Positions 34,518 through 37,268 of a stretch of 37,268 bases of DNA are shown here, piece by piece; within the stretch, counting starts at the first letter, position 1; every line of letters begins with the position of its first letter. A program made the translations under genes and the position numbers. This DNA comes from Reclinomonas americana ATCC 50394. Taxonomy: Eukaryota. Location: NCBI GenBank assembly GCA_048213135.1, contig PS015038.1, positions 158,825 to 196,092 on the forward strand, given 5' to 3'. The notes beneath the pieces are model-generated. The model had not been told where the DNA came from, did not search any database, and saw nothing but the letters and a program-made list of their open reading frames with translations.

Positions 34518-35585
34518 TCACTTTACGCTGCGTCGATACGCAACGGCTGCTGCTTCCTCGACAATGAAGCAACGCAACACCAGCTCTGGCAGGCACCGAG
34601 AATCTGCTTTGTCTGCTGCTTGCTGCACGGCTAGCATTGCCTGCCGCGCTGCCACGAGTTCCTGTTGTGCGAGACCGAGTGGTGTGGACCACACTCGTAT
34701 GGCGTTGTCCTCACCGCCACTGACAATGTGCTGGCCGTCGCGAGAGACGGCAACGCACATTACTCCATCACTGTGCCCCTCCAATCGTTGCACTTCGGCG
34801 CCACTTGCAATGGACCACACTCGCACCGTGCTATCCCAGCTCCCACTCACGATCGCGACGTGCTGACCATCGGGAGTGACGGCAACAGAGCGCACTGCGG
34901 AAGTGTGACCCTCCAACTGCCGCACCTTCTCGCCAGTCGACATGGACCACATGCGCACAGAGTCGTCACTGCTGCCGCTGATAAAGTGCTGACCGTCGGG
35001 AGTGAAGGCGACCGACCACAAGTAGCCGTAGTGGCTCGCCCGTCGCACGCACTTGCCTGTTGCAAGCACCTGCACGTGCACCATGTTGTTCGCCGTGCCA
35101 CTAACAATGTGCTGGCCATCGGGGGAGATGGCGACAGAGAGCACACTGTCGACGCGTCCCTCCAGTTGCCGCTCCTGCACGCCACCACTCGTCTCCAGTG
35201 ACCACACTCGCACGGTCTTGTCCCAGCTCCCACTCACAACGTGTCGACCATCGGGAGTCACAGCGACCGACGACACCATGGCTGTGTGACCCTCCAGTTG
35301 CAGTTCCTGTGCTCCACTCGCCAGTGACCACACCCGCACACTCATGTCCTTGCCACCACTGACAATGTGCTCACCACTGGGGGTGACAGCGACAGATGAC
35401 ACCACTCCCGTGTGGCCCTCCAGTTGTCGCACTTGTTCTCCACTGGCACGATGCCACACTCGCACTGTTGCATCGTGACTCCCGCTGATGATGTGCTCAC
35501 CGTTGGGAGTGACAGCCACGCACGTCACAGTGTCAGTGTGCCCGACAAGGTGCTGCGAGGCAAGGAAGGGGGGAGGGAGTGACAT
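34518..35585 (-). CDS. Intronless WD40 protein with seven highly similar repeats and a short helical C-terminal tail
   Basis: Seven LEGH...V.SVAVTPDG.HIVSGS.D..VRVW-type units; probable start MSLPPP at 35585. Confidence 0.9.
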   Translation of the reverse strand: MSLPPPFLASQHLVGHTDTVTCVAVTPNGEHIISGSHDATVRVWHRASGEQVRQLEGHTGVVSSVAVTPSGEHIVSGGKDMSVRVWSLASGAQELQLEGHTAMVSSVAVTPDGRHVVSGSWDKTVRVWSLETSGGVQERQLEGRVDSVLSVAISPDGQHIVSGTANNMVHVQVLATGKCVRRASHYGYLWSVAFTPDGQHFISGSSDDSVRMWSMSTGEKVRQLEGHTSAVRSVAVTPDGQHVAIVSGSWDSTVRVWSIASGAEVQRLEGHSDGVMCVAVSRDGQHIVSGGEDNAIRVWSTPLGLAQQELVAARQAMLAVQQAADKADSRCLPELVLRCFIVEEAAAVAYRRSVK

Positions 35586-35727
35586 GATTGCGGTAGGAAA
35601 GGACGTAGGAGGAAGGAAGAAGTGTGGGACTTTGATGCTTCGACTTCGTTTGCCCACCATTGATCTCGTCGGGACATGCATGAAGGACTCTGAGGTGCTT
35701 TTACATGNNNNNNNNNNNNNNNNNNNN

Positions 35728-35988
35728 GAGCGACCGAGTTCGCGTTGCTCGTCCACCTCGGCCGTCACCACCACCACCACCCTCGTGCACGAAACAATGG
35801 AGGCGTGGGCGGAGCAGTGCAGCAGCAGTGGTGGGGCCGGAGGACCCAGTGGCAGCGGTGTCGCCCCCCAAACCCTTCGGTACGTCGTGAGCGGCAGCAG
35901 TGCCGACAGCATTAGCAGTGGTGATGATGATGATGAGGAGGAGGAAGAGGAGGAAGAAGAGGAACAGGAAAATAATAGTGATGTATAA
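35728..35988 (+). CDS. Possible 3' fragment of a gene with an acidic C-terminal tail; 5' part lost in the gap
   Basis: Open frame ending SSGDDDDEEEEEEEEEEQENNSDV-stop, followed by AT-richer UTR-like sequence. Confidence 0.4.
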   Translation, partial: ERPSSRCSSTSAVTTTTTLVHETMEAWAEQCSSSGGAGGPSGSGVAPQTLRYVVSGSSADSISSGDDDDEEEEEEEEEEQENNSDV

Positions 35989-36298
35989 AACAGCACCTGC
36001 TTAATAGTATTCGGTGTGTGCAGAGCACGAGTGACGCCGCCGCGTGCGCGCAGTGGCGAGTGGTGACGCGGAATGCGGCCGATCAAGAACTAGTTTTAAA
36101 TAGTAGTAGTTTATCAAGAAAGACACACCCATAATGAAACGCGAATAACAGNNNNNNNNNNNNNNNNNNNNAAGCCCCGGTGGCACAACAACTCTCGTCC
36201 GGTCGCCGGCCGAGCAGCAGCCGCAGCGTCGCTCCCATTGACGCCCTGCTGCCGCATGCGGCGGCGGCGGCGGCGGCGGCGACGGCGGCAGAAGACGA

Positions 36299-37268
36299 CT
36301 ACAGCTGTCGAGGGGTTTCGCCCACACCCTCGGCAGCCTCGTCGTCGGCGTCGTCGTTGGCCGGCGAGGCCGACGGCCTCACGCGTGGTGGCACAGCGAG
36401 CACCNNNNNNNNNNNNNNNNNNNNNNNNNNNNNNNNNNNNNNNNNNNNNNNNNNNNNNNNNNNNNNNNNNNNNNNNNNNNNNNNNNNNNNNNNNNNNNNN
36501 NNNNNNNNNNNNNNNNNNNNNNNNNNNNNNNNNNNNNNNNNNNNNNNNNNNNNNNNNNNNNNNNNNNNNNNNNNNNNNNNNNNNNNNNNNNNNNNNNNNN
36601 NNNNNNNNNNNNNNNNNNNNNNNNNNNNNNNNNNNNNNNNNNNNNNNNNNNNNNNNNNNNNNNNNNNNNNNNNNNNNNNNNNNNNNNNNNNNNNNNNNNN
36701 NNNNNNNNNNNNNNNNNNNNNNNNNNNNNNNNNNNNNNNNNNNNNNNNNNNNNNNNNNNNNNNNNNNNNNNNNNNNNNNNNNNNNNNNNNNNNNNNNNNN
36801 NNNNNNNNNNNNNNNNNNNNNNNNNNNNNNNNNNNNNNNNNNNNNNNNNNNNNNNNNNNNNNNNNNNNNNNNNNNNNNNNNNNNNNNNNNNNNNNNCGTC
36901 GTGCAACCGCATCACGGGGGTGCTGGCAATGGCGCCGGCTGCCGGGCTGCTGACCTCGAGCGCCAGCTCCGCGTCAATAATCGACGGCATGCGCAGCACA
37001 AAGCTCTCGGCCGAGATGCTCTGCTTCGGGGCGTTTGACGGCGAGAAGAGCAGTGACGCGCGACGTGCCACCAGCGTCGACGGCAGTGGTCGATCGTCGT
37101 CGACCTCGTCGACCTCGTCAAACTTTTGCTTGCCACTGCCGTCGCCGCCGTCCACGTCGTCGCCCACCGCCTGCGGCGAGTACGGAATGCGCACGTCGGC
37201 CAGCGCTCGCTCCATGTAGGAGCGATGAGCCGGCGACGGGATCTGATCGAGCATCATGCGTTCGCGCT
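36299..37268 (-). CDS. Partial hypothetical protein (5' end probably outside the window, gap inside)
   Basis: Open frame with strong GC3 bias at 36897-37268. After the gap a frame ends ...EGVGETPRQL-TAG at 36299. Confidence 0.55.

Noticed and set aside
1-37268. Alternative genetic code or many pseudogenes, suggested by the fragmented ORF track
   Set aside because: The interruptions I traced are explained by GT/GC-AG introns, and TAA, TAG and TGA all serve as terminal stops.

Overview
This is eukaryotic (protist-like) nuclear DNA, not prokaryotic. It is GC-rich and gene-dense, uses the standard genetic code and has six N-gaps. I reconstructed about 14 protein-coding genes by hand, interrupted by roughly 85-90 mostly 55-90 nt spliceosomal introns. 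In order: an orphan with four internal OB-fold-like repeats, an EEF1AKMT4/METTL13-type methyltransferase, PNPO/PdxH, NAA25, a bacterial-looking SDR, a 2xRRM hnRNP/Musashi-type protein, a DxD glycosyltransferase, a large orphan with ankyrin-like segments, an SH3 + zinc finger + CYLD-type deubiquitinase, an EF-hand/WD40 protein, a coiled-coil protein, a mitochondrial PRX5-type peroxiredoxin, an intronless 7-repeat WD40 protein and partial genes at the right end. The strongest signal is in the splicing code. About 20 introns in 10 genes start with GTTGCG (or GTTGAG, GTTGTG, GTTTCG), with the conserved G at +6 rather than +5, and they always follow a non-G exon end. This resembles the +1 shifted-register 5' splice site, a rarity in well-studied eukaryotes but a major class here. 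All gene models are manual and lack transcript support.
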